A stretch of 64,000 nucleotides of DNA, from the IMG/VR virus record IMGVR_UViG_3300037067_010289, positions 1 through 64,000 of that record; one strand, 5' to 3'. The stretch comes from a virus (taxonomy: Duplodnaviria; Caudoviricetes). The position numbers were made by a program, and so were the translations under genes. The notes beneath the pieces are model-generated. The model ran no database searches, had not been told where the DNA came from, and saw nothing but the letters and a program-made list of their open reading frames with translations. This document shows, one piece after another, positions 23,679 to 34,901 of this stretch. Numbering within the stretch: position 1 is the stretch's first letter; the number at the start of each line of letters is the position of its first letter.

Positions 23679-26192
23679 ATGAAACAGTTTACAGACGTAG
23701 TTTTCAGCAACACGCAGCCGCCTGTTATTTTGTCAGGAGCCTCGCTGTTTGTTTACACAGACGTAGGATATTCGGTCGACGCTACGATCTATCAAGACGA
23801 CGGGATTACCCCGTATCCAACCAACGAAGTTATTGCCGATAGCAGTGGCCGTGTATCTTTTTATGCCGCCGATGGTCGCTATTACTTCAAGCTCGTGAAG
23901 ACTGGGTACACTACTATCTTTGTGCCTGATATTGAAATAGCTGACGTTACGCAGTCGTCTACGAGTGACGCTGTGTGGCAGGCTAGTTCGATGAAGTTTA
24001 ATGGGTCTACCAGCGGGTCAGCTACGATTCAAGCCCAAGCCACAGGTGCTGACTTGATTTACAAGTTCCCAAGTGCGGCTCCAGCTTTAAATAATGCGCT
24101 TGTAGCTAGTGGTGTTTCTGGCTCTACGACTACACTGGGTTGGCTTCCTTGGTCTGCACCCGATAGCGATACACCAATTCGTTACGTGTCTTACTACGGG
24201 GATGATGCTAACGATGGTCTAACCCTTGCGTCTGCCAAACAGCACATCATGGTAGCATATGATTCATTGCCTGCCGCTGGTGGCGTTATTTATATTGTTA
24301 GTGGCGCTGCTGGAGAAGCGGTTATCGCTGATGTTGATACAGCAACAAATGGAACCGGCATTTGGATCATGGGTAATAGCTTTGCGGGCGGTGATCCAAA
24401 CTATGCCAGTCCACCGACAGGTTGGCGTCACGCAAAAACACACGTATCCTTTATAGGTATTACATCGAACATTGTAAACTCAGGTTCAGTGGATGGAGCA
24501 GCCTTAATTTCAGCCGGTAAACAAGGCGATAACTTACATCCGGCTATTTGGTTGTCAAGCATCGCCGGACAAGTTACATTTCAAAATTTGCAGTACCAGT
24601 ATCCTGATACAGGAATAAAAGTTGGTATTGATTCTACTAATACTAAATCAGAAGCGGGCGGTGTAGCCGGAATAACGTTTCAGAACATTCATGGTGCTAC
24701 TAACTTATCGGCTGGTGCAGGACCGAATGTCGACGTTGGATACGCCTTTTGGATTTATTTCCGAAGTTGCTCCTTTAACGGTACGGCCTCTGCAAATGGC
24801 GTGCTGACCGAAAAAGGTGCAGCAATAAATTTTTCTGGAACAACACCCGCGTCCCACAGCGCCTATTTAATCTTCCTTTACGACCAATTTGTAAATGGTG
24901 GCGGTGTACGTTATATCAGTTGGACAGTAGGCAGTAGTGCCCTATATGTAGAAAATCTATCGTCAGAAAACCAGTTAAACGGAGATGCAGCCGTTTATAT
25001 TGTGGGGTCTGGTACCTTCAACGGTGTAGTTGACGGAGTTTACTGTGATGACTTCACTGGAACGGTTACAGGCGTTCGATATGAAGGAACCGGCCTGTCA
25101 CCAGATAGCTTGTGTGTTAGAAATATTCGAGGTGGAGGTGAAAACTGTGTTGGGCCTGTCTCGTACACCACAAGCCAGTATTCGCCTTATAACCAGCTGA
25201 TAACAACTTTACCAGCGGCACAAGGCGCTACAGGTATTCTTGGTCGACGGCTCTGGGCGCAATGTGATACTGCTCGCCGAAACTTCCACCCCACCGCTAT
25301 ACGCTATCCCAATCTTGCTAACCAACTTGTAGCTAACTGGACAAAAGTTGCCGGAACCGAAACGTTTACAGGCAGCAAATTAAGTCCAGATGGGGTTCTT
25401 GATGCTAACGCAGTCGAAGTTTCGGGACCACCGCTACCGGCTCCTAACGGTGGGCCAATATTCTATACAACAGCAACTACGCCAAATGCCGGAGACACTT
25501 ACATTTGCGGTGTTTGGTCAAGAACTGTAACAGCAACTGGTTATTTTGGTGGATTCCCTGCGTTTTTCCAACTTACTGGCTGCACTAGTGAAAATGCTCC
25601 GTTTGGTTCCGGACAGTCTTACGTTCAAACTGACTTTGCTAGTTATTTGGGCGATGGAGAATGGGTTTGGAGTTACGCAATTTATAAGGTGGCAACTGCG
25701 GGTGCCTCAACTCTGATTTTTAAAGGACTGACTGACGCTACGCACACAATCGAATATTTTGCGCCTATCCTAATAAAGATACCTGTTGCTGATGCATTAA
25801 GTGACAATGAAATTGCAGAATATGCAATGAACTTGGCGACATATCCGGATGGAATCTCTACAACTGGGACAATTGCGGGGTTAAGAGGACGGCCACTTGC
25901 TTTTGGCGGAACTGGGGATAGCTTTATGGCTATCCTCGACCACAGCGTGCTCACAGCGAATAGAACGCTAAGTGTTCCCGATACAACCGGAACAATTCTA
26001 ACCACAAGTGACGCCACCGCTAGAGTCTACTCCGGAGCGCAAACAACCCGTGCCACAGTGCGTGCAGAAGTTGGACTAGCGGGGGCTATAGGCTCGCTGT
26101 ATTTGTCGAGCGCAGGTAAGGTCTACATGAAGGTTGCTAACGCCAATGCGACAACCGACTGGCAGAAAATTACCGCGACAGCGGCGGATTAA
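23679..26192 (+). CDS. tailspike / tail fiber protein
   Basis: N-terminal ADSSGRVSFYAADGRY virion-binding domain; YVS...GDDANDG beta-helix cap. Confidence 0.7.
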   Translation: MKQFTDVVFSNTQPPVILSGASLFVYTDVGYSVDATIYQDDGITPYPTNEVIADSSGRVSFYAADGRYYFKLVKTGYTTIFVPDIEIADVTQSSTSDAVWQASSMKFNGSTSGSATIQAQATGADLIYKFPSAAPALNNALVASGVSGSTTTLGWLPWSAPDSDTPIRYVSYYGDDANDGLTLASAKQHIMVAYDSLPAAGGVIYIVSGAAGEAVIADVDTATNGTGIWIMGNSFAGGDPNYASPPTGWRHAKTHVSFIGITSNIVNSGSVDGAALISAGKQGDNLHPAIWLSSIAGQVTFQNLQYQYPDTGIKVGIDSTNTKSEAGGVAGITFQNIHGATNLSAGAGPNVDVGYAFWIYFRSCSFNGTASANGVLTEKGAAINFSGTTPASHSAYLIFLYDQFVNGGGVRYISWTVGSSALYVENLSSENQLNGDAAVYIVGSGTFNGVVDGVYCDDFTGTVTGVRYEGTGLSPDSLCVRNIRGGGENCVGPVSYTTSQYSPYNQLITTLPAAQGATGILGRRLWAQCDTARRNFHPTAIRYPNLANQLVANWTKVAGTETFTGSKLSPDGVLDANAVEVSGPPLPAPNGGPIFYTTATTPNAGDTYICGVWSRTVTATGYFGGFPAFFQLTGCTSENAPFGSGQSYVQTDFASYLGDGEWVWSYAIYKVATAGASTLIFKGLTDATHTIEYFAPILIKIPVADALSDNEIAEYAMNLATYPDGISTTGTIAGLRGRPLAFGGTGDSFMAILDHSVLTANRTLSVPDTTGTILTTSDATARVYSGAQTTRATVRAEVGLAGAIGSLYLSSAGKVYMKVANANATTDWQKITATAAD

Positions 26193-26205
26193 TTAAAGAG
26201 GATTT

Positions 26206-27261
26206 ATGCCATTTATTCTCGCTCCGGTAACTCCGACGCCTCCGGTTTTAACTGGCTGTCCGTCTAATTCCACGATTACGGTGCAGTCGCTGGTTAAGAG
26301 TGCTTTGGCCTATCCGGAATTTACGCCGGTTTTGGGGCAATCAGGCTACACGCAGCAACCCGCGTTGACTATCGCTAATGATGTCATGCAGCGATTTTTA
26401 GCACAGCCAATGCATTGGAAGTTTAATCGCCAATACGTGTCACCATTTTTAACCGTGGCACTTCAGCAAGATTATATTGGGGTTTCACCGTTCAACAGTG
26501 CTAGCACTTCTGTAATCGATATGGGGTGGCTGGAATACGCTTGGCGGCAAGACATCAATAACACCGCACTGCCCAAACCTGTATTTGGCATGGAAGCGGT
26601 CAGGAATCTTTCGAAAACTTCGGTTATGGCACATCCGTTTAATATTTCGTGGATTCCAATTCCGTTAGCTTTTTATGGTGATTGGCAGGCCAATACCGCG
26701 TATCCATCTGGGTTAGGAGTAGCGCAAACGCCTGTAAGCCCTGTACAGCAGTTCATCGATGTGAACGGCAACTATTTGTTTGTTTCTATCAACGGCGTGT
26801 CCGGAAACGTACAACCAGCGGCGGCTGCGTGCTCGGCCCCTGGCGTCACTGTCGTCGATAACACTGTGACTTGGACAGTGGCTGATCCTCGGGGTGTAGC
26901 GATGCGTGTTGCTCCTCTGCCCGCGTCGTCGGGAATCGTTTGGAGCATCGAGCCCGCCTATCAGATGCGACCTCCACAGTTGACCTCGTTACAGGATACT
27001 ATCGCGCCAATTCCGGATGAATTAGGCTACCTGTTTCGAGAAGGGTTCATGGCGAAGTTGATGAATCATGCCAAACCCGGCTCACGAGCAGCACAGGACG
27101 CTTATGTTAAATGGGAAGAAGCTTTGATGGTTGCTGTTCGTGCAGGGGACCGCGAGCGCGAAGATTGCGTCTTTTACCCCACAGAAGGACTTATGGGCGG
27201 CGTTTACACCTATCTACCTATCGGCCCAGCCAACCCGTATAATTACTTCTATGGCTGGTAA
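26206..27261 (+). CDS. putative adaptor / tail protein, paralogous to 22944-23660
   Basis: Shares P-x-LTI, W-x-x-NR, QDY, D-x-GWLE and PIPD with the earlier adaptor. Confidence 0.55.
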   Translation: MPFILAPVTPTPPVLTGCPSNSTITVQSLVKSALAYPEFTPVLGQSGYTQQPALTIANDVMQRFLAQPMHWKFNRQYVSPFLTVALQQDYIGVSPFNSASTSVIDMGWLEYAWRQDINNTALPKPVFGMEAVRNLSKTSVMAHPFNISWIPIPLAFYGDWQANTAYPSGLGVAQTPVSPVQQFIDVNGNYLFVSINGVSGNVQPAAAACSAPGVTVVDNTVTWTVADPRGVAMRVAPLPASSGIVWSIEPAYQMRPPQLTSLQDTIAPIPDELGYLFREGFMAKLMNHAKPGSRAAQDAYVKWEEALMVAVRAGDREREDCVFYPTEGLMGGVYTYLPIGPANPYNYFYGW

Positions 27262-27394
27262 AGATAAGCCAATTCAAGGTGTAGGCGACGTGGTTGCCAA
27301 AGTTACCGCTGCGGTAGGAATCAAACCCTGCGTAGCGTGTAAGAAACGACAAGCGTGGTTAAATCGAATGTTCCCGTTGAAGGCTAAGAGTTAA
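27251..27394 (+). CDS. small conserved phage protein (47 aa)
   Basis: GVGDVVAKVT...GIKPCVACKKRQAWLN. Confidence 0.55.
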   Translation: MAGKDKPIQGVGDVVAKVTAAVGIKPCVACKKRQAWLNRMFPLKAKS

Positions 27395-27396
27395 CT

Positions 27397-30291
27397 ATGG
27401 ATCAGGGGTTGCTACAACTTTCGGGTGTGCAGGCAACGCGGCCTACGCGGTTTACGCCACTTACAACCCAGACTTTTTTTACCGGTCTGTGGACACAGCG
27501 TACTCCATTTAATGGCCCCGATAACCGCGCCTATACCCGTGCCTTTGGCGGACGACCTGACGCCATTATCGACGGCAACGATATCGAGTTAACAAACTAT
27601 GGCTCGCTGATCCGTCGTCCCGGCTTGCTAGCTTTTTCAACGGAAAAAGTTACGCCACCAATTCTAAGCTTTTACGCCTTTCATCAAATCGCCAATATTC
27701 CGAATCCTATCGATGTAATCGTGGATACGGAAACAACGGTTTATAATGTTACGCCCACCGCTAAAACCACGATTCTTACCAAAGGCGACGGCGCAGGGCA
27801 AGCTTATTTTCAAGGTGTCGGTAATACTCTGTATATCGGCGACGGCGTAGAAGAACAAGCCTGGACTGACCCTGGAACCCCTGGAAACAATCCTCCGTTT
27901 TTACGGAAGTGGGGAATTTCGATAGGCCAATTTGGCGGGGCTTCTGGACCGCACGGTTGCGGCACCGGTTCTGACGTAGCGATCACCGGTAGCGCGTCGG
28001 CATGGTCTTACCCTGCTCGTATTACTGCTGCCGATGCCTCTTATTCATATGCTAGTCTGAATGTTCCTGTTGCCTATAGCCAAGCGAAGACCCCTTTAAG
28101 CCGATTGAACTACAGTGGTGGTTTTTTTCCGTGGTCACCGGGATCACCCAATACCGCAATCTTTACACTTCCCGGTTTTGGCTATACCCGCTCAGATACT
28201 TTAAAAATCAGTAACTGTGTCTGCTCAGTTCCTGTAACTGCCACAATTACTGGCGTCAAGGTCGAAATTACGGCGTCTCAGGTTTCTGGCTCGCCAGTCA
28301 CAACACTCTCGGTTGCTCTAGCCGGTATTGCGGGTGGCTCGTTAAAACTTAGTGGTGCGTTGAGTACGACACCGACGTTGTTTACGTTTGGTTCAAGTTC
28401 TGATCTGTGGAGTGGAACCATCAGTCCTTCGATGGTTAACTCATCGGCTTTTGGTGCTGATGTCTTTGCTTCGTTCACAGCGTCCGGTTCCGGACAAACA
28501 GTTACGGTTTCGACAATCACTATCACAGTTTATTACACGGTAGTTGCAACCGGCCTTACAGATTTGCTCGAAGCCACAAATTTTGGCTTGACCATTCCAG
28601 CTACGAACGCAATTAATGGCATTCAGGTTGAAGTAAAAGGATATCAGTTAACCGCACCCGCAGGTTCATCTTTTAGTGTTCAGCTTCTTAAAGATGGGGC
28701 GCTAGTCGGATCGCCTAAAACAGGACTACAGCTTCCCAACACTAATGGCTACGTGACGCTTGGTAGTGACGGTGATCTATGGGGAACTTCGTGGAACGCT
28801 GGTGACCTAAACAAGGCTAATTTTGGGGTAGCAATCCAAGCAGTAGCCACAGCAGGCGGCGGAAGTATAACGTGGTACATCGACTACGTTCGAATTACTC
28901 TTTATGGTTCCGGTGGGCCGTCAGTAACCGTGAGCGGAGTTGGAGCTTTAACTGCAACTTCCGCATCAGGCTATAGCTACATGGCTGCTTATGGAAACAG
29001 CAACACTGGCCATGTTAGTTCGTGCACATCACCTAGCATTGGTACTGGTCCTTTCAACTTATCAAAGACGCACATAGCCGTCGTAGCGAGCACAGACCCG
29101 CAAGTGAATCAGATTTGGCTGTTTCGAACCAAAGACGGTGGTGGCGTGTATTACGCTTTGCCGCAGCAATACGCAAACTCGACCACAACCATTGACGATG
29201 AGTTTTTGGATGCTGACCTTATTGTCACGCAGCCTGCTCCGTTATCGCCGCTAAATAATCCGCCACCAACCGGATTTACCAAGATGGCCTACCATGTAGG
29301 GCGAATCTGGGGCGTGGTAGGCAACAACGTTTACTATTCCGGAGGGCCGGATACGGTAGTCGGCAATGGCTTCGAGGCTTTTCCTCCAGCCAACGTTTTT
29401 ACGTTTCCGGATGTGGTGAACAAGCTGGTGCCTATTTCAGGTGGCTTGGTGGTTTATACTGCCAGTTCTATTTACATTATTTACGGTACTGGCATCGCCA
29501 CCTTCTACGCCGATATCTTGCTCGAAAACGTTGGTCTCTCGTCGTATAACGCGCTGGATACGCAGGGAACCAATACGTTTTTGTACACAGCTGATCGTCA
29601 GTTTCAGCTTATTAGCGCAGCAGGAATTACGGAAATAGGATTCGGGATCGGCAATCTTCTTGAATCGACTTTTGATCCTACCACAACTTACGTGGCGTCA
29701 ATCGTAAACGGCACCAGTGACAAGGCTGTGTTTATCTCGGATGGTTCGTCGATCTGGTATCGGTGCAACTGGAACCAGCCCCCTGAAGGCGGGCCATCGT
29801 GGAGTCCCAAGGCGGTTATCACTGGCGGGGTGACGGCGATTGGTGGTATTGAAGTATCTCCTGGTGTCACGCAATTGTTGGTTGGACTACCAGATGGAAC
29901 TGTGGCAATAAGAGCGCTGAATACCATGACTGATTTGGGGGCCACCTACATGCCATCCGTAACATTGGGTAGTCTTGTGCTAGCGCATCCTGGCCAGTTA
30001 GCAGAGGTTCAGAGCATCTCCGTAGAACTGCCTAACTTGGGTACCGTACCGACTGTCTCGGTTCGCCTCGACGAAATCGACGGCCCGTTCGAAGATTTGC
30101 CGTTCTCGGTAAATGACCCAGCACCTCTTGCACCCAGCAATTCGGTACTGAGTAAGAGATTCTATCTGACGCAAGGGGGACAGCCTACGGTTTGCCGTCA
30201 CATGCAGATAAAATTAGACTTCGCCGCAGAAGCGTTTCAAAACCAACTTTACACCCTAAGTATTTTCGGAGCACTTCTGGCCAAGGAGTAA
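27397..30291 (+). CDS. tail nozzle / DNA stabilisation-like protein
   Basis: GSLIRRPGL N-terminal motif, beta-propeller-like composition, inserted repeated beta domains. Confidence 0.6.
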   Translation: MDQGLLQLSGVQATRPTRFTPLTTQTFFTGLWTQRTPFNGPDNRAYTRAFGGRPDAIIDGNDIELTNYGSLIRRPGLLAFSTEKVTPPILSFYAFHQIANIPNPIDVIVDTETTVYNVTPTAKTTILTKGDGAGQAYFQGVGNTLYIGDGVEEQAWTDPGTPGNNPPFLRKWGISIGQFGGASGPHGCGTGSDVAITGSASAWSYPARITAADASYSYASLNVPVAYSQAKTPLSRLNYSGGFFPWSPGSPNTAIFTLPGFGYTRSDTLKISNCVCSVPVTATITGVKVEITASQVSGSPVTTLSVALAGIAGGSLKLSGALSTTPTLFTFGSSSDLWSGTISPSMVNSSAFGADVFASFTASGSGQTVTVSTITITVYYTVVATGLTDLLEATNFGLTIPATNAINGIQVEVKGYQLTAPAGSSFSVQLLKDGALVGSPKTGLQLPNTNGYVTLGSDGDLWGTSWNAGDLNKANFGVAIQAVATAGGGSITWYIDYVRITLYGSGGPSVTVSGVGALTATSASGYSYMAAYGNSNTGHVSSCTSPSIGTGPFNLSKTHIAVVASTDPQVNQIWLFRTKDGGGVYYALPQQYANSTTTIDDEFLDADLIVTQPAPLSPLNNPPPTGFTKMAYHVGRIWGVVGNNVYYSGGPDTVVGNGFEAFPPANVFTFPDVVNKLVPISGGLVVYTASSIYIIYGTGIATFYADILLENVGLSSYNALDTQGTNTFLYTADRQFQLISAAGITEIGFGIGNLLESTFDPTTTYVASIVNGTSDKAVFISDGSSIWYRCNWNQPPEGGPSWSPKAVITGGVTAIGGIEVSPGVTQLLVGLPDGTVAIRALNTMTDLGATYMPSVTLGSLVLAHPGQLAEVQSISVELPNLGTVPTVSVRLDEIDGPFEDLPFSVNDPAPLAPSNSVLSKRFYLTQGGQPTVCRHMQIKLDFAAEAFQNQLYTLSIFGALLAKE

Positions 30292-30299
30292 CTGAGTAG

Positions 30300-31001
30300 A
30301 TGCCACTTATTAATTCACGTGTACTCTCGGAGAAACAGAAAGACGAGTTAGCAAGCCTTTCGTCTACGATGCCGTCCTTTGTGGCAGGGGACAGCATGTC
30401 TGCGTCAACGCTTTCAATAGCGGGAAACCCCGCACCAAGTCGTTCCACACTGCCGTCTCCATTTTTATCCAATATTTACGAAGGACATTTCTTTCCGGAC
30501 TCACCATATTTTACTCGTCAGTTCCCTTCATTGGGCGTAAAGAACCAGAACGCGGCAGCTCAGGCTATTACGCAAGTTATCACCACGATCACCTCGCCGC
30601 CTTCTGGTGGTAGTGGTCCTTCTGGCTACACTACTGGCAGCGTTATTTTTGCTGGTCCAGTTGGGACGCTTATTGAGGATAACAGCGTCTTTTTCTGGGA
30701 TGATGCTAATCGAAGATTGGGTATTGGCACCAGCGTACCTGCCTACAATATCGACGTGATAGGCGCAATTCGCGCTTCGACGCAACTAATTTCTGCTGTG
30801 GCTACCGGCACAGCGCCTCTGGTTGTGGCGTCGACGACCAAGGTTACTAACTTAAACGCCGAACTGATAAACGGAACCAAAGTAACGAATACCGCCGCTA
30901 TTGGACAAGTTTGCGTCGGCACCGGTGCAGGCACTGCTTCGTGGCAGGCTTTTACTTCTAGTTCGAACTGGGTTAGACCGTTTTTGACGATGGGGGCGTA
31001 A
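30300..31001 (+). CDS. putative tail fiber-associated protein
   Basis: WDDANRRLGIGT and TAPLVVASTTKVTNLNA fiber motifs. Confidence 0.6.
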   Translation: MPLINSRVLSEKQKDELASLSSTMPSFVAGDSMSASTLSIAGNPAPSRSTLPSPFLSNIYEGHFFPDSPYFTRQFPSLGVKNQNAAAQAITQVITTITSPPSGGSGPSGYTTGSVIFAGPVGTLIEDNSVFFWDDANRRLGIGTSVPAYNIDVIGAIRASTQLISAVATGTAPLVVASTTKVTNLNAELINGTKVTNTAAIGQVCVGTGAGTASWQAFTSSSNWVRPFLTMGA

Positions 31002-31330
31002 TGGCTGAAGCGCTAAAAATATTAGGACAGCTTAATCCGCTGGCAACAACGCCCACCAAGTTGTACACGGTGCCTGCTGCAACTTCAGCTGTGGTTAGTT
31101 CTATCATGGTCACCAATCAGACTGCTGCTGCCGAGAGTTTTCGTGTTAGCGTACGTATTGCGGGCGCGGGAGACACGCCCAAGCAATATTTGTTTTACGA
31201 TTCACCCCTTCCTGGAAATTCTACGCTCGCCGCGACTATTGGGCTAGCGCTTGCCGCAACAGATGAAATTTGGGTGTATGCCTCCAGCGCCACAGTATCG
31301 TTCTGTGCGTTTGGGGATGAGGTAAGTTAA
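31001..31330 (+). CDS. small structural protein
   Basis: [17 protein letters not shown]...FGDEVS, a common phage beta-sandwich pattern. Confidence 0.6.
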   Translation: MAEALKILGQLNPLATTPTKLYTVPAATSAVVSSIMVTNQTAAAESFRVSVRIAGAGDTPKQYLFYDSPLPGNSTLAATIGLALAATDEIWVYASSATVSFCAFGDEVS

Positions 31331-34194
31331 TGTCGTTAGAGCTTTATCCACCTCCGGGTTTTACTGGGCCTCCTGGGGCCACTGGGTATACTGGATATAC
31401 TGGTTATACCGGTCCTGGCATCACCGGCTACACCGGCTACACTGGTCCGGGTAACTTTACTGGTTACACTGGCTACACAGGCTACACCGGAGCGGGCGAG
31501 ACTGGCTACACCGGTTATACTGGACCCGAAGGGCCAACAGGTTACACGGGTCCAGATGGGCCTGCTGGGCCTACTGGCTATACTGGACCTGAGGGTGTGA
31601 CTGGTTATACGGGCTATACCGGCCCCGCAGGACCGACCGGAGCTACTGGTTTTACTGGCCCCGCCGCGCCGACAGGCTACACAGGGTATACAGGCCCCGA
31701 CGGTCCTATTGGGCCGACCGGCTACACCGGTCCTGCTGCATCTACGGGTTATACCGGTTACACCGGCCCAAGCATCACCGGATACACCGGATATACTGGG
31801 CCTATTGGACCGACTGGATATACAGGGCCTAGTATCACAGGTTACACTGGATACACTGGCTACACTGGAACTACAGGTTACACCGGGGCCGGTAATTTTA
31901 CAGGTTACACCGGTTATACTGGGCCACAAGGTACCACAGGGCCTACTGGTTTTACAGGATTCACAGGGTACACTGGACCTAACATCACCGGCTATACTGG
32001 CTATACTGGCCCAATCGGACCAACCGGCCCTACAGGCTACACCGGTCCCGGTAATTTTACCGGTTACACCGGATACACCGGTTATACAGGAAGAACGGGG
32101 TATACTGGTTTTACAGGATACACTGGCCCAATTGGACCTACAGGTTCTACTGGATATACAGGCCCAGGAAACTTTACAGGATACACAGGCTATACAGGCC
32201 CTGCTGGCCCTACTGGTTCGACTGGCTATACCGGCTACACTGGCCCTGGAAACTTTACTGGGTATACTGGCTACACTGGTGCAGGATCGACAGGCTATAC
32301 GGGCTACACGGGTCCAGCAGGCGCTACTGGTTACACTGGTTATACAGGAGCAGGCTCGACGGGTTATACAGGTTACACAGGGCCTAGCATAACAGGTTAC
32401 ACAGGCTACACCGGAGCAGGATCAACGGGCTACACCGGCTATACTGGCCCAAGTATAACAGGGTATACTGGCTATACGGGGTATACCGGGCCAGGAAACT
32501 TTACTGGGTATACTGGCTACACCGGCCCAATTGGGCCAACCGGCCCCACAGGTTACACAGGTCCAGCAGGTAGTACTGGCTATACAGGTTACACTGGCCC
32601 CGGTAATTTCACAGGATACACCGGTTATACTGGGCCACAAGGTACCACAGGGCCTACTGGTTTTACAGGATTTACAGGGTATACCGGACCCAACATCACA
32701 GGTTATACGGGATACACCGGCCCTATTGGTCCAACTGGCCCTACAGGATATACCGGACCAGGAAACTTTACCGGATACACTGGGTACACCGGTTATACCG
32801 GAAGAACAGGCTATACCGGATTTACAGGATATACAGGCCCAATTGGAACTACTGGCTATACTGGTTATACTGGCCCATTAGGCGCAACAGGGCCGACTGG
32901 CTATTCAGGTCCGGTAGGCGCAACTGGTTACACCGGTTATACAGGAGCAGGATCGACTGGTTATACAGGTTACACAGGGCCTAGCATAACAGGTTACACA
33001 GGCTACACTGGAGCAGGATCAACGGGCTACACTGGCTACACAGGACCGGCTGGCGCGACTGGCTACACGGGTTATACAGGCCCTGGCAATTTTACCGGAT
33101 ACACAGGGTACACCGGCCCCAACGTTACAGGATATACTGGATACACAGGCCCGAGCATTACTGGCTATACGGGTTATACAGGACCGGCTGGACCAACAGG
33201 CGCTACTGGTTATACGGGGCCTAGTATCACAGGTTACACCGGGTATACTGGCCCCGGTGCGTTTACAGGCTATACGGGCTATACGGGGCCTCTTGGGTCA
33301 ACAGGACCGACTGGATATACAGGACCGGGCATTACAGGCTATACCGGATATACCGGTCCAGTTGGAGTAACCGGCTACACTGGTTATACTGGTGCAGGTT
33401 CTACTGGATATACAGGTTATACTGGCGCGGGTAATTTCACAGGTTACACAGGATACACAGGTCCATCTGGACCTGCTGGAGCAACAGGCTATACAGGACC
33501 AGTAGGTAGTACGGGCTTTACTGGCTATACAGGACCAGGCAACTTCACCGGCTTTACTGGCTATACAGGTCCACTGGGCACCACTGGCCCGACTGGTTAC
33601 ACCGGCCCTGGCAATTTTACCGGATACACAGGATATACAGGTTATACAGGAAGAACCGGATATACGGGTTTTACAGGATACACTGGCCCGTTGGGTGCTA
33701 CTGGATACACTGGGCCGGGGAACTTTACCGGATACACCGGCTATACCGGAAGAACAGGATATACTGGGTATACCGGTCCGACGGGCTATACGGGTCCTGG
33801 TGGAGCAACCGGATATACTGGGTATACTGGCCCTAGCACGCGTGCCATCTGTTTTACTATGGGATCTCCTACAAATACCTCTGCGCTAACCACAAGCGAA
33901 ATCCAGTACATTGTTTGTCCATTTGCCTGTACAATTGGTGCATGGAATATTTCTGTTGATGCTGGAACCTGTACCGTAAAGTTTGCTAAAGTAGGAACTG
34001 GAACGGCATTGCCTACTATAGCTAGTAACTCTATTAACACGAGTGGAGTAAGTATCTCGACTGGCACGACTATTCATAGTACGACTCTAACTGACTTTAC
34101 TACAACATCCATTACCGCCAACGATATTATAGGTTGTTTTGTAACGGCTGTCGCTACCGCAAAATTCATAAACGTTGTACTACAGGTCGGATAA
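31330..34194 (+). CDS. collagen-like Gly-X-Thr (mainly Gly-Tyr-Thr) fiber protein
   Basis: About 830 aa of G-X-Y triplets followed by a ~120 aa globular C-terminal domain. Confidence 0.85.
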   Translation: MSLELYPPPGFTGPPGATGYTGYTGYTGPGITGYTGYTGPGNFTGYTGYTGYTGAGETGYTGYTGPEGPTGYTGPDGPAGPTGYTGPEGVTGYTGYTGPAGPTGATGFTGPAAPTGYTGYTGPDGPIGPTGYTGPAASTGYTGYTGPSITGYTGYTGPIGPTGYTGPSITGYTGYTGYTGTTGYTGAGNFTGYTGYTGPQGTTGPTGFTGFTGYTGPNITGYTGYTGPIGPTGPTGYTGPGNFTGYTGYTGYTGRTGYTGFTGYTGPIGPTGSTGYTGPGNFTGYTGYTGPAGPTGSTGYTGYTGPGNFTGYTGYTGAGSTGYTGYTGPAGATGYTGYTGAGSTGYTGYTGPSITGYTGYTGAGSTGYTGYTGPSITGYTGYTGYTGPGNFTGYTGYTGPIGPTGPTGYTGPAGSTGYTGYTGPGNFTGYTGYTGPQGTTGPTGFTGFTGYTGPNITGYTGYTGPIGPTGPTGYTGPGNFTGYTGYTGYTGRTGYTGFTGYTGPIGTTGYTGYTGPLGATGPTGYSGPVGATGYTGYTGAGSTGYTGYTGPSITGYTGYTGAGSTGYTGYTGPAGATGYTGYTGPGNFTGYTGYTGPNVTGYTGYTGPSITGYTGYTGPAGPTGATGYTGPSITGYTGYTGPGAFTGYTGYTGPLGSTGPTGYTGPGITGYTGYTGPVGVTGYTGYTGAGSTGYTGYTGAGNFTGYTGYTGPSGPAGATGYTGPVGSTGFTGYTGPGNFTGFTGYTGPLGTTGPTGYTGPGNFTGYTGYTGYTGRTGYTGFTGYTGPLGATGYTGPGNFTGYTGYTGRTGYTGYTGPTGYTGPGGATGYTGYTGPSTRAICFTMGSPTNTSALTTSEIQYIVCPFACTIGAWNISVDAGTCTVKFAKVGTGTALPTIASNSINTSGVSISTGTTIHSTTLTDFTTTSITANDIIGCFVTAVATAKFINVVLQVG

Positions 34195-34198
34195 GAAT

Positions 34199-34885
34199 AT
34201 GGCAATAGTGTTACTCGGAAACCACAACGGTGCGAATAGTTCAAGTGATATAGATTCCCTTGCGGTAGCCTATGCTTCGGACAACACAGCTGGAAATTTT
34301 TTAGTGGGCTATGTACAGTGGTATGGTACAGATTTATCTCTTAGTGTACCGACAGACACCGCTGGCAATACGTGGACATTAGCTATTAGCGGCGAAGATA
34401 CCAATGACGGAGTTACGCTCGCCATTTATTATGTATCTAGTTGCCTGTCTGGTAGTAATACTGTAACATTTTACATGTCCCCAGGTACATCACCAGTAAC
34501 GGCTGTACATGTCGCCGAGTTTAGTGGAGGAGTTTCAACTCTTGATAAGACAGGCGCGCTTAATACAGGCAGTTCCTCTCCGGCTACTTCAGCGTCTACC
34601 GGCGCACTTTCACAGGCAGATGAATTAGCGATTGGGGTTGTATGCGAAATTCTGGGTACTAATCGCACTATTTCCTATCTATCTCCTTGGACTACAATGG
34701 GTAATGAACAATACTTTGCCGGATCAATCCATACGGGTTGGGAGTGGCAAGAGACGGCGGCTACCACGGCACTTACTTCCAGCTTTAAGCTATCTGGCTC
34801 GGTGGCCTGGGCTTCTCTAGCTGCAACATTTACTGTACAAGCAGCGGCCTCCACTAGAAATAGTGGTATGGCTCAGATATTTTAA
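34199..34885 (+). CDS. putative structural / receptor-binding beta protein
   Basis: Ser/Thr/Ala-rich; DTAGNTW motif. Confidence 0.5.
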   Translation: MAIVLLGNHNGANSSSDIDSLAVAYASDNTAGNFLVGYVQWYGTDLSLSVPTDTAGNTWTLAISGEDTNDGVTLAIYYVSSCLSGSNTVTFYMSPGTSPVTAVHVAEFSGGVSTLDKTGALNTGSSSPATSASTGALSQADELAIGVVCEILGTNRTISYLSPWTTMGNEQYFAGSIHTGWEWQETAATTALTSSFKLSGSVAWASLAATFTVQAAASTRNSGMAQIF

Positions 34886-34901
34886 TTCGTTGGAGAAAAA
34901 C

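Noticed and set aside
31336-33889. Alternative-frame ORFs or a CRISPR-like array in the repeat region
   Set aside because: The periodicity is the codon-level G-X-T repeat; there is no repeat-spacer structure
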